DNA of 64,000 bases, from positions 32,001 to 96,000 of IMG/VR virus record IMGVR_UViG_3300031853_000006; one strand, written 5' to 3'. Positions 30,399 through 41,423 of this stretch are shown here, in pieces (position 1 is the stretch's first letter; each line of letters opens with the position of its first letter). The DNA is from a virus (taxonomy: Duplodnaviria; Caudoviricetes). The position numbers and the translations under genes are program-made. Under the pieces are notes generated by a model. That model did no database searches. It was not told the origin of the DNA and saw only the letters and a list, made by a program, of their open reading frames with translations.

Positions 30399-30962
30399 AT
30401 GAAAGTATTCAGAGAGATGGAAACAGATACAAATACCTTCAAAATAGGAGACAGGATCGAAGTACAGTTCGGGAATGAATCTCACTACGCAACAGCCATC
30501 CAGCAAAGAGGCTATGAAATGCTCTTTCTAACCGATGATTACCTCGACGATGCAATGCCTATGAATCCAACACCCTTGACTGAGGGAGGATGGGCAGAGA
30601 GTGAACTCAGGAAAAGACTGCAGAGTGTAGCAGAAACCGTCGACATCAAAGATCAGCTAGTGCCCTTTGAAAACGGGGACCTTTTGACTCTCTTAAGTAT
30701 TCAAGAGATGTTCGGACTTGACAAGAGCTTCAATGAATGCGAAGGGCAGATTGAGTGGCTGAAAGATCGCAGACACAGAATCACAGAAAGAAAGGGCGAT
30801 CCTTACGAATGGGGATGGCTGCGCTCAGTCGTATCCGCGTCGAGTTTCGCGATTGTCGACAGTGACGGCTGTGCGGACCGTGGGGGTGCGTCCTACGCTC
30901 ATGGCGTCTGCCCAGCTTTCCTGATCAAGAATACTATCACAGAAAGCGAGGTAGAGGAATGA
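30399..30962 (+). CDS. DUF6273/CLec-like protein 1
   Basis: GGWAESELRK, LLSIQE, WGWLRS...F..V...G...A....GVCPAF. Confidence 0.75.
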   Translation: MKVFREMETDTNTFKIGDRIEVQFGNESHYATAIQQRGYEMLFLTDDYLDDAMPMNPTPLTEGGWAESELRKRLQSVAETVDIKDQLVPFENGDLLTLLSIQEMFGLDKSFNECEGQIEWLKDRRHRITERKGDPYEWGWLRSVVSASSFAIVDSDGCADRGGASYAHGVCPAFLIKNTITESEVEE

Positions 30963-31507
30963 AGAACTCAATGGAGGTATTAAGAGAGATCGAGACAAAA
31001 ACAGATCGTTTGCAGGTCGGGGATAGAATAAAAGTTAGCTTTTCAGGAGAAGAGCACTATGCAACGGCTATTCAGCAAAGAGGCGATGTGATGCTCTTTC
31101 TGACTGACGACTACCTCGATGACGCTATGCAGATGAACCCTACAGACACGACTGAGAGAGGATGGGCAGGGAGTGAGCTCAGAAAAAGACTGCAGGATAT
31201 AGCGGACAACACAGATATAAATGATCAGCTGATACCCTTCGAGAACGGAGATCTTCTGACTCTTCTGAGCATCCGGGAGATGTTTGGACTCGATGAAAAT
31301 TTTGATGAGTGTGACGGTCAGATTGAATGGCTAAAGGATCGCAGACACAGGATCGCATTAAGAAAAGGAGAATCCAACGAATGGGGGTGGCTTCGCTCCG
31401 TCATGTCGGCGACGCATTTCGCTAATGTCTACAACAATGGGTTAGTGAACTACTACTACGCGGGGAGTGCTATTGGCGTCCGTCCAGCTTTCCTGCTTAA
31501 GTTATAG
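30959..31507 (+). CDS. DUF6273/CLec-like protein 2 (tandem paralogue)
   Basis: Highly similar to 30399 except the final ~30 codons. Confidence 0.75.
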   Translation: MKNSMEVLREIETKTDRLQVGDRIKVSFSGEEHYATAIQQRGDVMLFLTDDYLDDAMQMNPTDTTERGWAGSELRKRLQDIADNTDINDQLIPFENGDLLTLLSIREMFGLDENFDECDGQIEWLKDRRHRIALRKGESNEWGWLRSVMSATHFANVYNNGLVNYYYAGSAIGVRPAFLLKL

Positions 31508-31582
31508 AAAGTGAGGTAGAAGAATGAAGATAGCAATTGGTACACCTGACGAAATCCATGAGAAGACAGGAGGAGATGACAA

Positions 31583-31858
31583 ATGCTAGAAATCTACCAG
31601 AAAGAACTGTTAAAGTTAGCCGAAGGCCTTATTAAGAGGGCTGTACCGTTCAAATTCATCCCGCTAGAGGGAGGTGGGCAGATACGAACAGCTACCTGGG
31701 ACGCTGTGTGTCATAAGTACAGCTATGGAGGAGAATCAGGTAAGCTAGAAGTAGCTGGCAGCATAGTAAACACTCATAAGACCGATGACACAGTCGAAGG
31801 AGACTTAACTGCAGAAGAAGTGCTTTCAAGAATTGATAAAGGCGCGCTATCGGAATAA
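31583..31858 (+). CDS. Hypothetical protein
   Basis: AGGAGGAG RBS; HKYSYGG...LE motif common in Firmicutes phages. Confidence 0.6.
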   Translation: MLEIYQKELLKLAEGLIKRAVPFKFIPLEGGGQIRTATWDAVCHKYSYGGESGKLEVAGSIVNTHKTDDTVEGDLTAEEVLSRIDKGALSE

Positions 31859-31946
31859 TAAAACAGCCACTAGTTGCACAGAAGAAAGCTGATGCAATGC
31901 ACAGTGGCTGTTTTTCTTTGTATGTTAATGCTTTTAAGGAACTTGG

Positions 31947-32660
31947 TTATCGATAAAGCACGCCTGAATAATTAGGAGTGCTGATATTTGTTACGCCGTC
32001 CATTCGGTCTGCTATCCACATATTGGAATTCAAGTCTGTTATCACATCACTACATTGCCATTGAGGATAAGCTCCGTATATCTGTGACCCTGTTGTGATG
32101 CCTATACGGTAAGTGCTTACTTTGAATGATGATCCTGGATTATCATGATTGTATATCTTAGTACTGGAGCTCGTCTGATTTGCAAGCAATGTAAGGCTTG
32201 ACGAGCTATTGAAAGTTGCCCAATCTACAAAACTAAGAGGAACCTCAGTCTTACTAGCAGTGCTTAACTCTCCCGTCAAGTAAAGTGATCCTGTAATGGG
32301 ACGTATTACTGACACATAGCTTGTATAATCAGTGTTGTAATTACAACCAAACTGCACAGAATCAGCATCTTCTATGAATCTGTATGCTACGTCCCGATCG
32401 GGTGAGAGAGATATGCAGGTCTGCCCATACCAAATCATCGAAGTATGCAGATCTAATGGTTGGTAAGCAGATGAGGCGATCGTCACTGAAGGTGTTATCG
32501 ACGTATTAAAGTGTATGATAAGTAGGTCACCCTTATGCAAGTTTGTGAGCGTACAACTAGCCCCTCCTGGCCTAATTATCGCTGACGCAATCGGGAGCGC
32601 AAGCGTTATTATTCCGCCCCCTCCTGAAGAGCTATCTTGGTTTGAAATAATTGTACTCAT
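31947..32660 (-). CDS. Putative adhesin/tip protein (MST...GGG family)
   Basis: S/T/Y-rich beta protein; leader is an inverted duplicate of the 32794 leader. Confidence 0.5.
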   Translation of the reverse strand: MSTIISNQDSSSGGGGIITLALPIASAIIRPGGASCTLTNLHKGDLLIIHFNTSITPSVTIASSAYQPLDLHTSMIWYGQTCISLSPDRDVAYRFIEDADSVQFGCNYNTDYTSYVSVIRPITGSLYLTGELSTASKTEVPLSFVDWATFNSSSSLTLLANQTSSSTKIYNHDNPGSSFKVSTYRIGITTGSQIYGAYPQWQCSDVITDLNSNMWIADRMDGVTNISTPNYSGVLYR

Positions 32661-32719
32661 AATATATTTGTTTCCTCCTTTACTTGAAAAATAAATAAAG
32701 TGTTTCTCCTACTTGACAC

Positions 32720-32741
32720 TATTTAAGGTCGACCTTAAATA
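32720..32741. promoter_or_regulatory. Perfect 22-bp palindrome TATTTAAGGTCGACCTTAAATA, read as back-to-back late-type promoters
   Basis: Centre of a divergent gene pair; each half is the GACCTTWAATA motif. Confidence 0.7.
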
Positions 32742-32793
32742 CTTTTAAGTAGGAAAACACTATACTTTTTCTTTGTAAGGAGGAACATATATT

Positions 32794-33537
32794 ATGAGTA
32801 CAATAGTTGAATCAATCGGCGGCGGATCTGCGTTGGACATACTAGACGAAAATGTAACTGTAACTCAACTCTGGTCGTCTACCGATCAACGATGGCAGGA
32901 AATATCGGCATACATGCAAGACGATGGCTTATATGTATATACTAACATAGGTAATGCGACCTATCCACAATTCACTGTGAGGATAATGTTACTGAAGAAG
33001 GAAGCAAAGATATACCCAGTTATCATTCAAGGGTGTGCAGGCTCTAGCGACTATTATGCTCAATTTGTTGCGGAATCGCTTGACTCATTCCATGTGTATC
33101 CTTCCGGTAACGGTGCAACAGCTAGGCTATACAAGTTAGCTGATTCTAAATTATCATCTCATATCGAGTATAAAGGGTTATTGAGTGCGAACAACTATAA
33201 CATATACATACCTAAATCATATGGAAGCGGGATGTATATTGTTGTGGGGTTCAATAAAGATGCAACAAAAAGTTATATAGGGGCCTCGTCGGTGTCATTA
33301 ACTGGATTATGCGTGTCCATTCCTTCCGATGATTATCTGATGTGGTTGCCCGTTTCGCATGTTGTCACATCAGCTGCTATTCAATCTTACTCACCTTATG
33401 GGTACAGCGCGATAGCGAGCTATAACGGAGGTCATGGCGAACTTTATAACGGAAGTTTCTTCGATCGTCTGACCACTTATTATAACAACAGTAATCCAGG
33501 TAAGGCAAATACAGCATTGCTATATAAGATAGTATAA
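32794..33537 (+). CDS. Putative adhesin/tip protein (MST...GGG family)
   Basis: MSTIVESIGGGS; Y/S/G-rich. Confidence 0.5.
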   Translation: MSTIVESIGGGSALDILDENVTVTQLWSSTDQRWQEISAYMQDDGLYVYTNIGNATYPQFTVRIMLLKKEAKIYPVIIQGCAGSSDYYAQFVAESLDSFHVYPSGNGATARLYKLADSKLSSHIEYKGLLSANNYNIYIPKSYGSGMYIVVGFNKDATKSYIGASSVSLTGLCVSIPSDDYLMWLPVSHVVTSAAIQSYSPYGYSAIASYNGGHGELYNGSFFDRLTTYYNNSNPGKANTALLYKIV

Positions 33538-33630
33538 GTTTTAATTTTAACTATACGCAAAAGAAGGACTAGCTTATTGCTTGCCCTTCTTTTGCTATAT
33601 GTGTTTAAGGAGATAGAATGAAAGCTTTAA

Positions 33631-34443
33631 TTACTTGATGTAAGTTTTTCCTTGATACTGTGCCGCAAGCCATCCGGAAGAACATTGGATCCAATAATCC
33701 TTTCCTGACTTCTTTACAGCCTTACATTTTACTCTAGATCCCTTATCAAGCGCTCCGTCTTTATCTTTGTCTTTTTTCTTGTCAGCAGACGAAAGATCAG
33801 AATACTTCAACTTGCCGTATTTAGTGCCCGGACCTTTTCTAACATTCAATTCAACCTGTAGAGTATAAGCCTTGCCTACCTCGTAAGGATCTTTCTTCTT
33901 GTTATCATCGTCATCGTCTGCGCCTAATAACTTGTTGACCTGAGAAACTATATCAGAGTGTTTATCAACAAGATACTTCCCAGGACAAGCTGTATCGCTA
34001 AACCATCTGTGAAGCGTCATATTTTGCTTATCTACTTTACCAATAAGGCTCTTATCGTTCTTCCACAAGAGCTTCTTGATCTTGTTTCTTTTGCAAATAT
34101 CTGCAACCAATTTAATTAGCGTCTTATACGCTGCAGGCTTTACAGCATAAGGTGCATTCTTGTCCGAAGCAACTTCAATAGTAACTGCTCTGCTATCGTT
34201 AGCTCTGTTAGACGATGTCCAAGCCCGATCCTTCTCTTCTACATACATGCCGACTCTTCCGTCCGGTCCTATTCCGTAGTTAGAAGAAGCCTGGCGGCTC
34301 GGATTAGCAAATATCTCTCCGCATGTTTCAACTGAGCACTGACCTGCCATGCAGTGAATTGTGATGGTATCAATCTTTTTATTAGTCATCACCGTCTTAT
34401 TTGGGGAAATCTTTTTGTAATTAACTAAGCTTGAATTACTCAT
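33631..34443 (-). CDS. Endolysin, N-acetylmuramoyl-L-alanine amidase (Amidase_2) with SH3-like cell-wall-binding domain
   Basis: ITIHCMAG, ASSNY, AVTIEV, LHRWF..TACPG; LNVRKGPG. Confidence 0.9.
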   Translation of the reverse strand: MSNSSLVNYKKISPNKTVMTNKKIDTITIHCMAGQCSVETCGEIFANPSRQASSNYGIGPDGRVGMYVEEKDRAWTSSNRANDSRAVTIEVASDKNAPYAVKPAAYKTLIKLVADICKRNKIKKLLWKNDKSLIGKVDKQNMTLHRWFSDTACPGKYLVDKHSDIVSQVNKLLGADDDDDNKKKDPYEVGKAYTLQVELNVRKGPGTKYGKLKYSDLSSADKKKDKDKDGALDKGSRVKCKAVKKSGKDYWIQCSSGWLAAQYQGKTYIK

Positions 34444-34702
34444 TTGATATTTTCTCCTTCCTCATTATTGTTTGAAAGGTTCGCAAGAGTTTCTTCTGGT
34501 ACGTCTTTGATGCTTTTGATCTCCTCGTCGAACGCGTCTTCTTTAGTTTCGTCAAATACATCATCTTTAGCCATGTGTGTTACCTCCTTTAGATATTCAG
34601 AACAATACCAATCTACCCATATAAAAGGTGAGCCTCCGTGAAATCGTTAAGTAAAATGAGAGAGGTGACAGTTCAAATCAATCACCACGGAGGTAAAGAA
34701 AC

Positions 34703-35800
34703 ATGATTAAAGTAGAAAACATTGATGTATGGGGGTTCGAACATGCTATAAGAGGAATGCGGAACCCAATGAATTCATGGGACAAAAGTGATAGTGGGGT
34801 AGGGTGCTCCTCTGCAGACGGCAACACGTCATTCTGCTTGCATTGCACAGAGAACTCAGAATGTGTTGCCGGATTTCACAACTACTGTGTAGGCGAAGCT
34901 GATCTCGGTTTGATGCAAAGGCTATTCAGAGCGAGCAAGGATGGTAACAACGCTCACAGAAAGTACCTTAGGCAAATCTTTGTGTCGATGGATATCACGG
35001 CTCCGCTATACTGGTGGAAGGAGTTTGACACATACAAAGTAGGCACAGTTTCCAATTCGTGTTCGACCATGCACAAGATCCATGCAAATAAATTCACTCC
35101 AGATGATTTCAGCATTGAGCATCTAGATGCGATTCCGAGAATCCGCATGCTTGACTTAATTGATACACTCAATAATTGTCGAGAGACTTATCTCAAGTCT
35201 AAGGATAAGCACGACTGGTGGCAAATGATACAGCTTCTGCCCTCGTCCTACAATCAAAGACGCACCCTCACGTTTGATTATGAAAATGTATACGCAATGA
35301 TACAGCAGCGAGAGGGTCACAAGTTAGACGAATGGCGAGAGTTCGTCAAAGTGCTCAGAGACCTGCCGTATGTCAAGGAAATAGCAGGTTGGGCTACTAG
35401 CAAATCCAAAGAAACTTGCTCAGAATCCGAAGAAACTCGTACTGAATCCAAAGAAGTCCTGATGTATGTGGGTACTTTTGAATATGATCACTCTGAGGGC
35501 ATCACTAATATTAAAAAGGTGCCGGTGTCGAAATCTGATATTGAACCCGACGTAATTTCGATTACTTCGATTAAAGCGGAATTCGACACTGAAGTCCCTG
35601 GCATAGCTGGGCAGTGCAGCGTAAGGTATGACGGAGAAGCAGGAAAGATATTAGTCATTTATCCTGTGGGATTTCCGCTGAGCCTCAGAAATACTATCGC
35701 ACGTGAATTCGAATTGGACAAAGACTGCACAGTATTCCTATCAGGATTGCGCTACGCCACTAGCCCATTCATTGAACATTTTGGAGGTAAGTTCGATTAA
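34703..35800 (+). CDS. ThyX-like phage protein with C-terminal extension
   Basis: AIRGMRNPMNSW, HRKYLR, ITAPLYWWKEFDTYKVG, LLPSSYNQ. Confidence 0.55.
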   Translation: MIKVENIDVWGFEHAIRGMRNPMNSWDKSDSGVGCSSADGNTSFCLHCTENSECVAGFHNYCVGEADLGLMQRLFRASKDGNNAHRKYLRQIFVSMDITAPLYWWKEFDTYKVGTVSNSCSTMHKIHANKFTPDDFSIEHLDAIPRIRMLDLIDTLNNCRETYLKSKDKHDWWQMIQLLPSSYNQRRTLTFDYENVYAMIQQREGHKLDEWREFVKVLRDLPYVKEIAGWATSKSKETCSESEETRTESKEVLMYVGTFEYDHSEGITNIKKVPVSKSDIEPDVISITSIKAEFDTEVPGIAGQCSVRYDGEAGKILVIYPVGFPLSLRNTIAREFELDKDCTVFLSGLRYATSPFIEHFGGKFD

Positions 35801-35810
35801 AAAAAAAGTC

Positions 35811-35839
35811 TTGACAAATTCATATAAATATCATATAAT
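35811..35839 (+). promoter_or_regulatory. Conserved early sigma-A promoter
   Basis: TTGACA-17-TATAAT. Confidence 0.85.
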
Positions 35840-35885
35840 ATACTTGTACCGCTTAAATTCTTCCGTTATGAAAGGAGAGATTAAA

Positions 35886-36413
35886 ATGATGGAACACAAT
35901 TTCCCAGAATCGACAGTTAGAGGAGAAGACCTCCCAACGTACGAAGATTACATGGAACAAGAACGTGAGAAGAAACGTCAAGAACGTATCGAGAAGATGA
36001 AAGAAAGCGAATCTAAAGAGTGCTACCTGATGTATTACTACAAAGACGAGATGAAGATTCAGGAAGGGCTCTTAACTCCAAGCGGAGGTCATGTTTGGTC
36101 AGATGGAGTTCGTGGTTATGGTATATTCAGAGAAAACGGAAGCCGGAATTACAAGTGTAAAGTCCCTCTTGTGCCATTTGAAGTCAAAAGAAATAAGATC
36201 ATCTGCTTCAACGAAAAAGATATCCCGAAGGCTAAAGAGGTACTTGCATCTACAAGGCAATCCAACCAGAGAGCACGCGACTCAAAGAATAAGACGTTAG
36301 CAGTAACTAGGACGTCAGTCAGAGAAGTAGCCGACGAACTTTTCGAACAGTATGCGGAAGATCCACATATCGTCGCAATGGCAAATAGACTGCTCAAGAT
36401 AATACAGGAGTAG
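35886..36413 (+). CDS. Hypothetical early protein
   Basis: AAAGGAG RBS before MMEHNF. Confidence 0.6.
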   Translation: MMEHNFPESTVRGEDLPTYEDYMEQEREKKRQERIEKMKESESKECYLMYYYKDEMKIQEGLLTPSGGHVWSDGVRGYGIFRENGSRNYKCKVPLVPFEVKRNKIICFNEKDIPKAKEVLASTRQSNQRARDSKNKTLAVTRTSVREVADELFEQYAEDPHIVAMANRLLKIIQE

Positions 36414-36428
36414 TAAAGGAGGTAGAAA

Positions 36429-38549
36429 ATGATGGAAACAATGGAAGAACTTGTAGAGCAACTTAATAAAGCGTCAGACGCGTATTATAACCTAGGTAGA
36501 CCGATCATGACTGACTTCGAGTTTGACGAACTGATCAACAAACTTCTCTATTTAGAAGAAAAAGAAAAGAGAGTCCTGCCTAACAGCCCGACACAGACAG
36601 TTGGTGCTCCAGTAGTAGATACTCTTGAAAAGTTTGAGCATCCTTATCCTGCACTCTCACTAGATAAAACAAAAGACAAAAAGTTAATCGAGCAGAAATT
36701 CAGAAACGGTTTAGGGGCGTCTGATCCGCCGGACAGCAGACTCGTTGTGATGTATAAAGAGGACGGAGCAACAATCCAGGCCTATTACAATAACGGAACA
36801 CTTGATAAACTCGTCACTCGTGGAGATGGGCATATTGGAAGCGTCATAACGCACAACGCAAAGTGTATCAAAGGACTCCCAGTAAGAATAGCCTACAGGG
36901 GTCACTTAGTAGTGCGAGGCGAAGCACTGATGTCTTACAAAGAGTTCGAGCGGATCAATGAAAAGCTTCCAGACGAGGAGAAGTATCGAAATCCGAGAAA
37001 CCTTGCAGCGGCAACACTCACAATGCTCGACAGTAATGAAGCAGCCGAAAGGCAGTTAGTCCTGAAAGCATTCAACTTAGTCCACATCGATATGGACGAT
37101 GAGACTAATGCAAATGCATCGAAGGAAGCCATTGTTCTTCAGAATAGTTTCAACGAACGTCTGAACTATCTGAATGCACTCGGCTTCTCAACCGTTGATA
37201 GAGAACTGACACCCCTCAGCGGCCTGCCGGAAGTAATGGATAAGTTTAGCGATAATGTTAAAGTTTATCCATATCCGGTTGACGGATTAGTGATCGCAAT
37301 GAATAGTTACTCAACAACAAAAGATCTTACGGGAACAGAACATCACCCTAATATACTGTCAGGATATGCTTTCAAGTGGGCAGATGAAGAAGTAGAAACA
37401 GTCTTAAGAGAAATCGAATGGTCGCCTTCTAGGACAGGTCTGTTGAATCCGGTGGCGATTTTCGATCCAGTTGAGATTGACGGAACTATCGTCCAAAGAG
37501 CATCGCTTCATAACTTTTCAATCATGCGGGAGATGAACATCATGGTAGGCGATCGTGTTAACGTCATAAAAAGCAACCAGATAATTCCACAGATCACAAA
37601 GAACCTGGATAAGGGCAATCATCCTAACTTCTATGATTCATGGGATTGGATTGTGAGAGAACTTATCGGCAAATGTCCGACTTGTGGCTGCACTGCAACA
37701 ATTCAGAGATCGCCGGAAGGCGTTGAAACAGTCTACTGCCCCAATCAGGATTGCCCGGAAAAACTTCTTGGCAAGTTTGAGCATTTCTGCTCAAGAGAGT
37801 GTATGAACATTGACGGAATGTCCTACGAAACAATCAAAAAGTTGTACGATAAGGGCTTCATAAAAGAGTATTCCGATTTCTTCAGGTTAGAGAATGAACC
37901 GGCAATATCATTACTTCCCGGTTTTGGCAAACAGAGTTGGAAGAAAATGTACCAAGCAGCTGAGAAAGCAAAAACAACTGACTTTGTTCGGTTCTTCACT
38001 GCTCTTGGTATTCCGGACATCGGAAAAGGTCAGTTGAAGATCTTGAAGAAACATATCAACGAGAATTACGAAAGCATTGCAAACCAAGTTGGAGTTGACC
38101 CTGAAGGTTATAACTTAGGTGTCTTGTTATCTGCGATGGGCAGGACTAACTACGCATTTGAGAAGATCGACGGCTTTGGATCAATTCTTGCCAATAATCT
38201 CAGGACTTGGCTCCAGGAAAGATTTGACTTCGAGGGAACTTGGACACCCGAAATTAACGTCTACGGCTGCCTGACATTCACAGATAAGCCTGCAACGGCT
38301 GCGAAAGACAGTGCAATTTCCGGTCAGTCCTTCTGCATAACAGGTAAACTAGTTTCCTATAAGAATCGACAAGCTCTCGTGGATGTAATTGAAGCGAACG
38401 GGGGCAAGTGGGTAGATAGTGTGTCAAGTAAGACTAACTACCTTATCAACAACGATACAGAAAGTAGTTCGGGAAAGAATAAAAAAGCAAAAGAGCTTAA
38501 TATTCCTATAATAAGTGAAGAAGAATTCAATCAAATGATAGGAGGGTGA
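36429..38549 (+). CDS. ligA: NAD-dependent DNA ligase
   Basis: AYY....I.TD.EFD, SLDK, KEDG, TRGDG, RGE, NPRN, DGLV, AFK, SRTG, Zn finger, BRCT. Confidence 0.95.
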   Translation: MMETMEELVEQLNKASDAYYNLGRPIMTDFEFDELINKLLYLEEKEKRVLPNSPTQTVGAPVVDTLEKFEHPYPALSLDKTKDKKLIEQKFRNGLGASDPPDSRLVVMYKEDGATIQAYYNNGTLDKLVTRGDGHIGSVITHNAKCIKGLPVRIAYRGHLVVRGEALMSYKEFERINEKLPDEEKYRNPRNLAAATLTMLDSNEAAERQLVLKAFNLVHIDMDDETNANASKEAIVLQNSFNERLNYLNALGFSTVDRELTPLSGLPEVMDKFSDNVKVYPYPVDGLVIAMNSYSTTKDLTGTEHHPNILSGYAFKWADEEVETVLREIEWSPSRTGLLNPVAIFDPVEIDGTIVQRASLHNFSIMREMNIMVGDRVNVIKSNQIIPQITKNLDKGNHPNFYDSWDWIVRELIGKCPTCGCTATIQRSPEGVETVYCPNQDCPEKLLGKFEHFCSRECMNIDGMSYETIKKLYDKGFIKEYSDFFRLENEPAISLLPGFGKQSWKKMYQAAEKAKTTDFVRFFTALGIPDIGKGQLKILKKHINENYESIANQVGVDPEGYNLGVLLSAMGRTNYAFEKIDGFGSILANNLRTWLQERFDFEGTWTPEINVYGCLTFTDKPATAAKDSAISGQSFCITGKLVSYKNRQALVDVIEANGGKWVDSVSSKTNYLINNDTESSSGKNKKAKELNIPIISEEEFNQMIGG

Positions 38550-39055
38550 GAATAGATGCATTCAAAATTAGACGCAGCTCATCGAATAGTAGATGCCCTT
38601 ATCTTGCTCACATTGACCGGCATTTTAATTCTGGTGCTGTATGCAGGAGTTGATGTCATAACTAGGATGTAGTGATGAACCTTTCATATGATATGAGATA
38701 TTACTTGAAAGGAATAGATGCAACTTGAAAAGCAAAATTAAGCTGGAGGGGATTACGTGTTATTGCAGTGAAGATGCAATAATAATTAAATATTCGCACC
38801 TCATTGACTGTAAAGATGCAAAACAGTTTTGCAGGAAGCTCAAGCAAGTAACAGATGGCTACTACGCAAGGAGTGCTAGCTCGTGGACTGCAGAATTGGT
38901 TGCACACAATATTCTGTATCATGCAAACCTTTTCCACGTGCACGTTGTAGATACAGATCTAGAAGAAAATGAAAAATTACACAGACGTATCGCTTATCGC
39001 ATTATTTACCTGGGTTACCTGATAACGTCTGTGTTCCAGAGGAGATCTAACTAAC

Positions 39056-39541
39056 ATGGGAGACATTAGCAACTTAGGTAAGAAAGCAGAAGGGAAGATC
39101 AGAGAATGGCTTGACAGGCCAGAAGACGGATTCTGTTTCATGCGAATACCTGATCAGCAGACAGGCTTTTGGGGGTCGACTAACATCTGCGATTTCATAC
39201 TATATAAAAAGCCTAACTTCTATCATTTAGAGAGCAAAGCTACTTACCAGGATAACTTTCCGCTAGGCCGAGGAGTAGCAATCAGTGAAGTGCAGTACGA
39301 CGGAATGCTCAAGAAATCTGAAATAGAAGGAGTTAAGTCTTACATAGTTGTTTTATTTGCGTCGTATCAACGAGCATTTCTATTTGATATACGAGATATC
39401 GACAAGCAGATTAAAGAAGGCGGGCCTAAATCAGTAAACATCAAGAAAATTGATAAATGGACTATTCCATATATTGAAATAAAAACAATTCCTAGTAGGA
39501 AACAATTACTTGACTACGATCCTGAACAGGATATTTTCTAA
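39056..39541 (+). CDS. RecU-like Holliday junction resolvase
   Basis: GKKAE...CDF...LESKAT...ISEVQ PD-(D/E)xK pattern. Confidence 0.7.
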   Translation: MGDISNLGKKAEGKIREWLDRPEDGFCFMRIPDQQTGFWGSTNICDFILYKKPNFYHLESKATYQDNFPLGRGVAISEVQYDGMLKKSEIEGVKSYIVVLFASYQRAFLFDIRDIDKQIKEGGPKSVNIKKIDKWTIPYIEIKTIPSRKQLLDYDPEQDIF

Positions 39542-39716
39542 CTAATCAGCTTACTAGCCAATTTTGGTCATTCATATACTCCTCGAAAAGCAGCCTGTAA
39601 CAAGGTTGCTTTTCTAATTTAACATGAACTACCTTATATATCATCAGGTCCAGAAATAAAATAACTAATCTATGTGACAGCTGTTTGTGTAGATTGGGTA
39701 AAAAAGGTGGATAATT

Positions 39717-40172
39717 ATGTCTTTTCAAGAAATATTAGAAGCAATTGTAAGAGATAGAGAACCAATACTGCTAACAATCTTATTAGTTGGCACAGTGGTA
39801 CAGATAGCCCCGATTAAACTTAATCCGTGGGGCGCGATTTTCAAATGGCTTGGCCGTCAATTGAACCGAGAGGTAATAGATAAAATTGATACCCTAGAGA
39901 CTCAGCTCGATGATCACATCAGAGAATCAGGAGAAGCCGAACTCAGGGCAAGACGTGTTAGCATTCTAGATTTCAGTTCTAGTATCATTCAAGGAGTAAA
40001 TTATCATAAAGAAAAATTCGACTTCATGATTGCTGAATGTGATAGCTACGAAAAGTATTGCCAAGATAACAACATAAAGAATGGTGTTGCGGAAGCGTCA
40101 ATTGCAGAAATCAGACGCGTATATAAAGAAAAGCTACATAACAACAGTTTCCTTAGCGAGGGAGGAGAGTGA
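39717..40172 (+). CDS. Holin-like membrane protein
   Basis: One TM helix followed by QIAPIKLNPW, typical of Firmicutes phage lysis-region proteins. Confidence 0.55.
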   Translation: MSFQEILEAIVRDREPILLTILLVGTVVQIAPIKLNPWGAIFKWLGRQLNREVIDKIDTLETQLDDHIRESGEAELRARRVSILDFSSSIIQGVNYHKEKFDFMIAECDSYEKYCQDNNIKNGVAEASIAEIRRVYKEKLHNNSFLSEGGE

Positions 40173-40176
40173 AGTT

Positions 40177-40587
40177 ATGGCTAAGCAAAGCTTAATAATG
40201 AATCTACTAATATTAGGCCTATTTATGCTATACATAGGATTAGGTAACCTCTACATCTACGGAGCAGTAGATGAATATCCTGTTTTTGCACGAAGTATGC
40301 TAGTAACTACGCTAATATATGTCATTCAAGGGCCTATAACAGAGTCACTTGGATTCTACCGAGTATCTATTGGTGTCGGAATTACTGCATTCATTGCACT
40401 TTGTATCTTGCTATTTTACTCAAGCCATTGGTACGACTTACTTGTATTTGCCCCTTGTGTTACAGTCATGCTGCTGCACAGATCGTTCAACATGTATGAT
40501 GACCTTAAGGATCAGTATAAGCAACGCAAAGCATGGAAGGCAGCACATCCGCATAGATTTACAAGTCCCAGATCTCGCAATAACTAA
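40177..40587 (+). CDS. Multi-pass membrane protein
   Basis: About four hydrophobic segments; GGAGGAG RBS before MAKQS. Confidence 0.6.
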   Translation: MAKQSLIMNLLILGLFMLYIGLGNLYIYGAVDEYPVFARSMLVTTLIYVIQGPITESLGFYRVSIGVGITAFIALCILLFYSSHWYDLLVFAPCVTVMLLHRSFNMYDDLKDQYKQRKAWKAAHPHRFTSPRSRNN

Positions 40588-40709
40588 CACACGGTTTTCA
40601 AATATCTCTTCCTACGTTCCGAGCCCTGCACGTTTTGTGTGAGGCTTGATTTTAAGTTGGAATCGTTAAGTAATATAGAAAGATTTGCTACATGATAGGA
40701 GGAATCAAT

Positions 40710-41423
40710 ATGTATGATTACAATTCAGTAACTGACGGTATTAAAGACCTAGTAGGTTCTCACGTAGACATAGCCGGAAAGAACATGGAGGAGCTGGTTG
40801 AAAGTTATGAGAAGCTACTTATTGGAGTGTACCTTCTCAATAAACCCGATGAAGCCATCCGGAACGACGGATCTAATGGATACTGTAAAATGCTAGATTG
40901 GCTACGCACTACTGATTTCTATACATGCCCAGCATCGACTAGGTACCATGAAGCATATCCGAGCGGGCTATTGGTACATTCCTTGCGGGTGTATAACATT
41001 GCAGTATCGCTAACTGCAACACCAGAATTCGCTAATACAGATCTCAAATCAGCAGCACTTGCAGCATTAGTTCATGATTGGTGCAAGATCGGACTGTATG
41101 AAGTTTATTATCGGAACGTCAAAGATGAGCAGACTGGGCAATGGACTAAGCAAGCTGCATATAAGCATAACCAGAAGGGAATACCTTTAGGGCACGGAGC
41201 AACTTCTATGTTTCTGGCCCAGAAGTTCTTTCATCTATCTGCGGAAGAAGCATTAGCAATCAGATGGCATCAAGGTAGATGGAACGTCTGTGATGCTGAG
41301 GTCAATGAATTCCAACTTGCTAATGAAAAATATCCGCTTGTCCATCTACTGCAGTTTGCAGATCAGTTATCTATTACTGACTACTGCACAGCACTGGATG
41401 CAGAACAGGAAGCAACCAGTTAA
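40710..41423 (+). CDS. HD-domain phosphohydrolase
   Basis: PASTRYH...GLLVHS...HDWCK...GHG...IRWH...AD. Confidence 0.85.
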   Translation: MYDYNSVTDGIKDLVGSHVDIAGKNMEELVESYEKLLIGVYLLNKPDEAIRNDGSNGYCKMLDWLRTTDFYTCPASTRYHEAYPSGLLVHSLRVYNIAVSLTATPEFANTDLKSAALAALVHDWCKIGLYEVYYRNVKDEQTGQWTKQAAYKHNQKGIPLGHGATSMFLAQKFFHLSAEEALAIRWHQGRWNVCDAEVNEFQLANEKYPLVHLLQFADQLSITDYCTALDAEQEATS

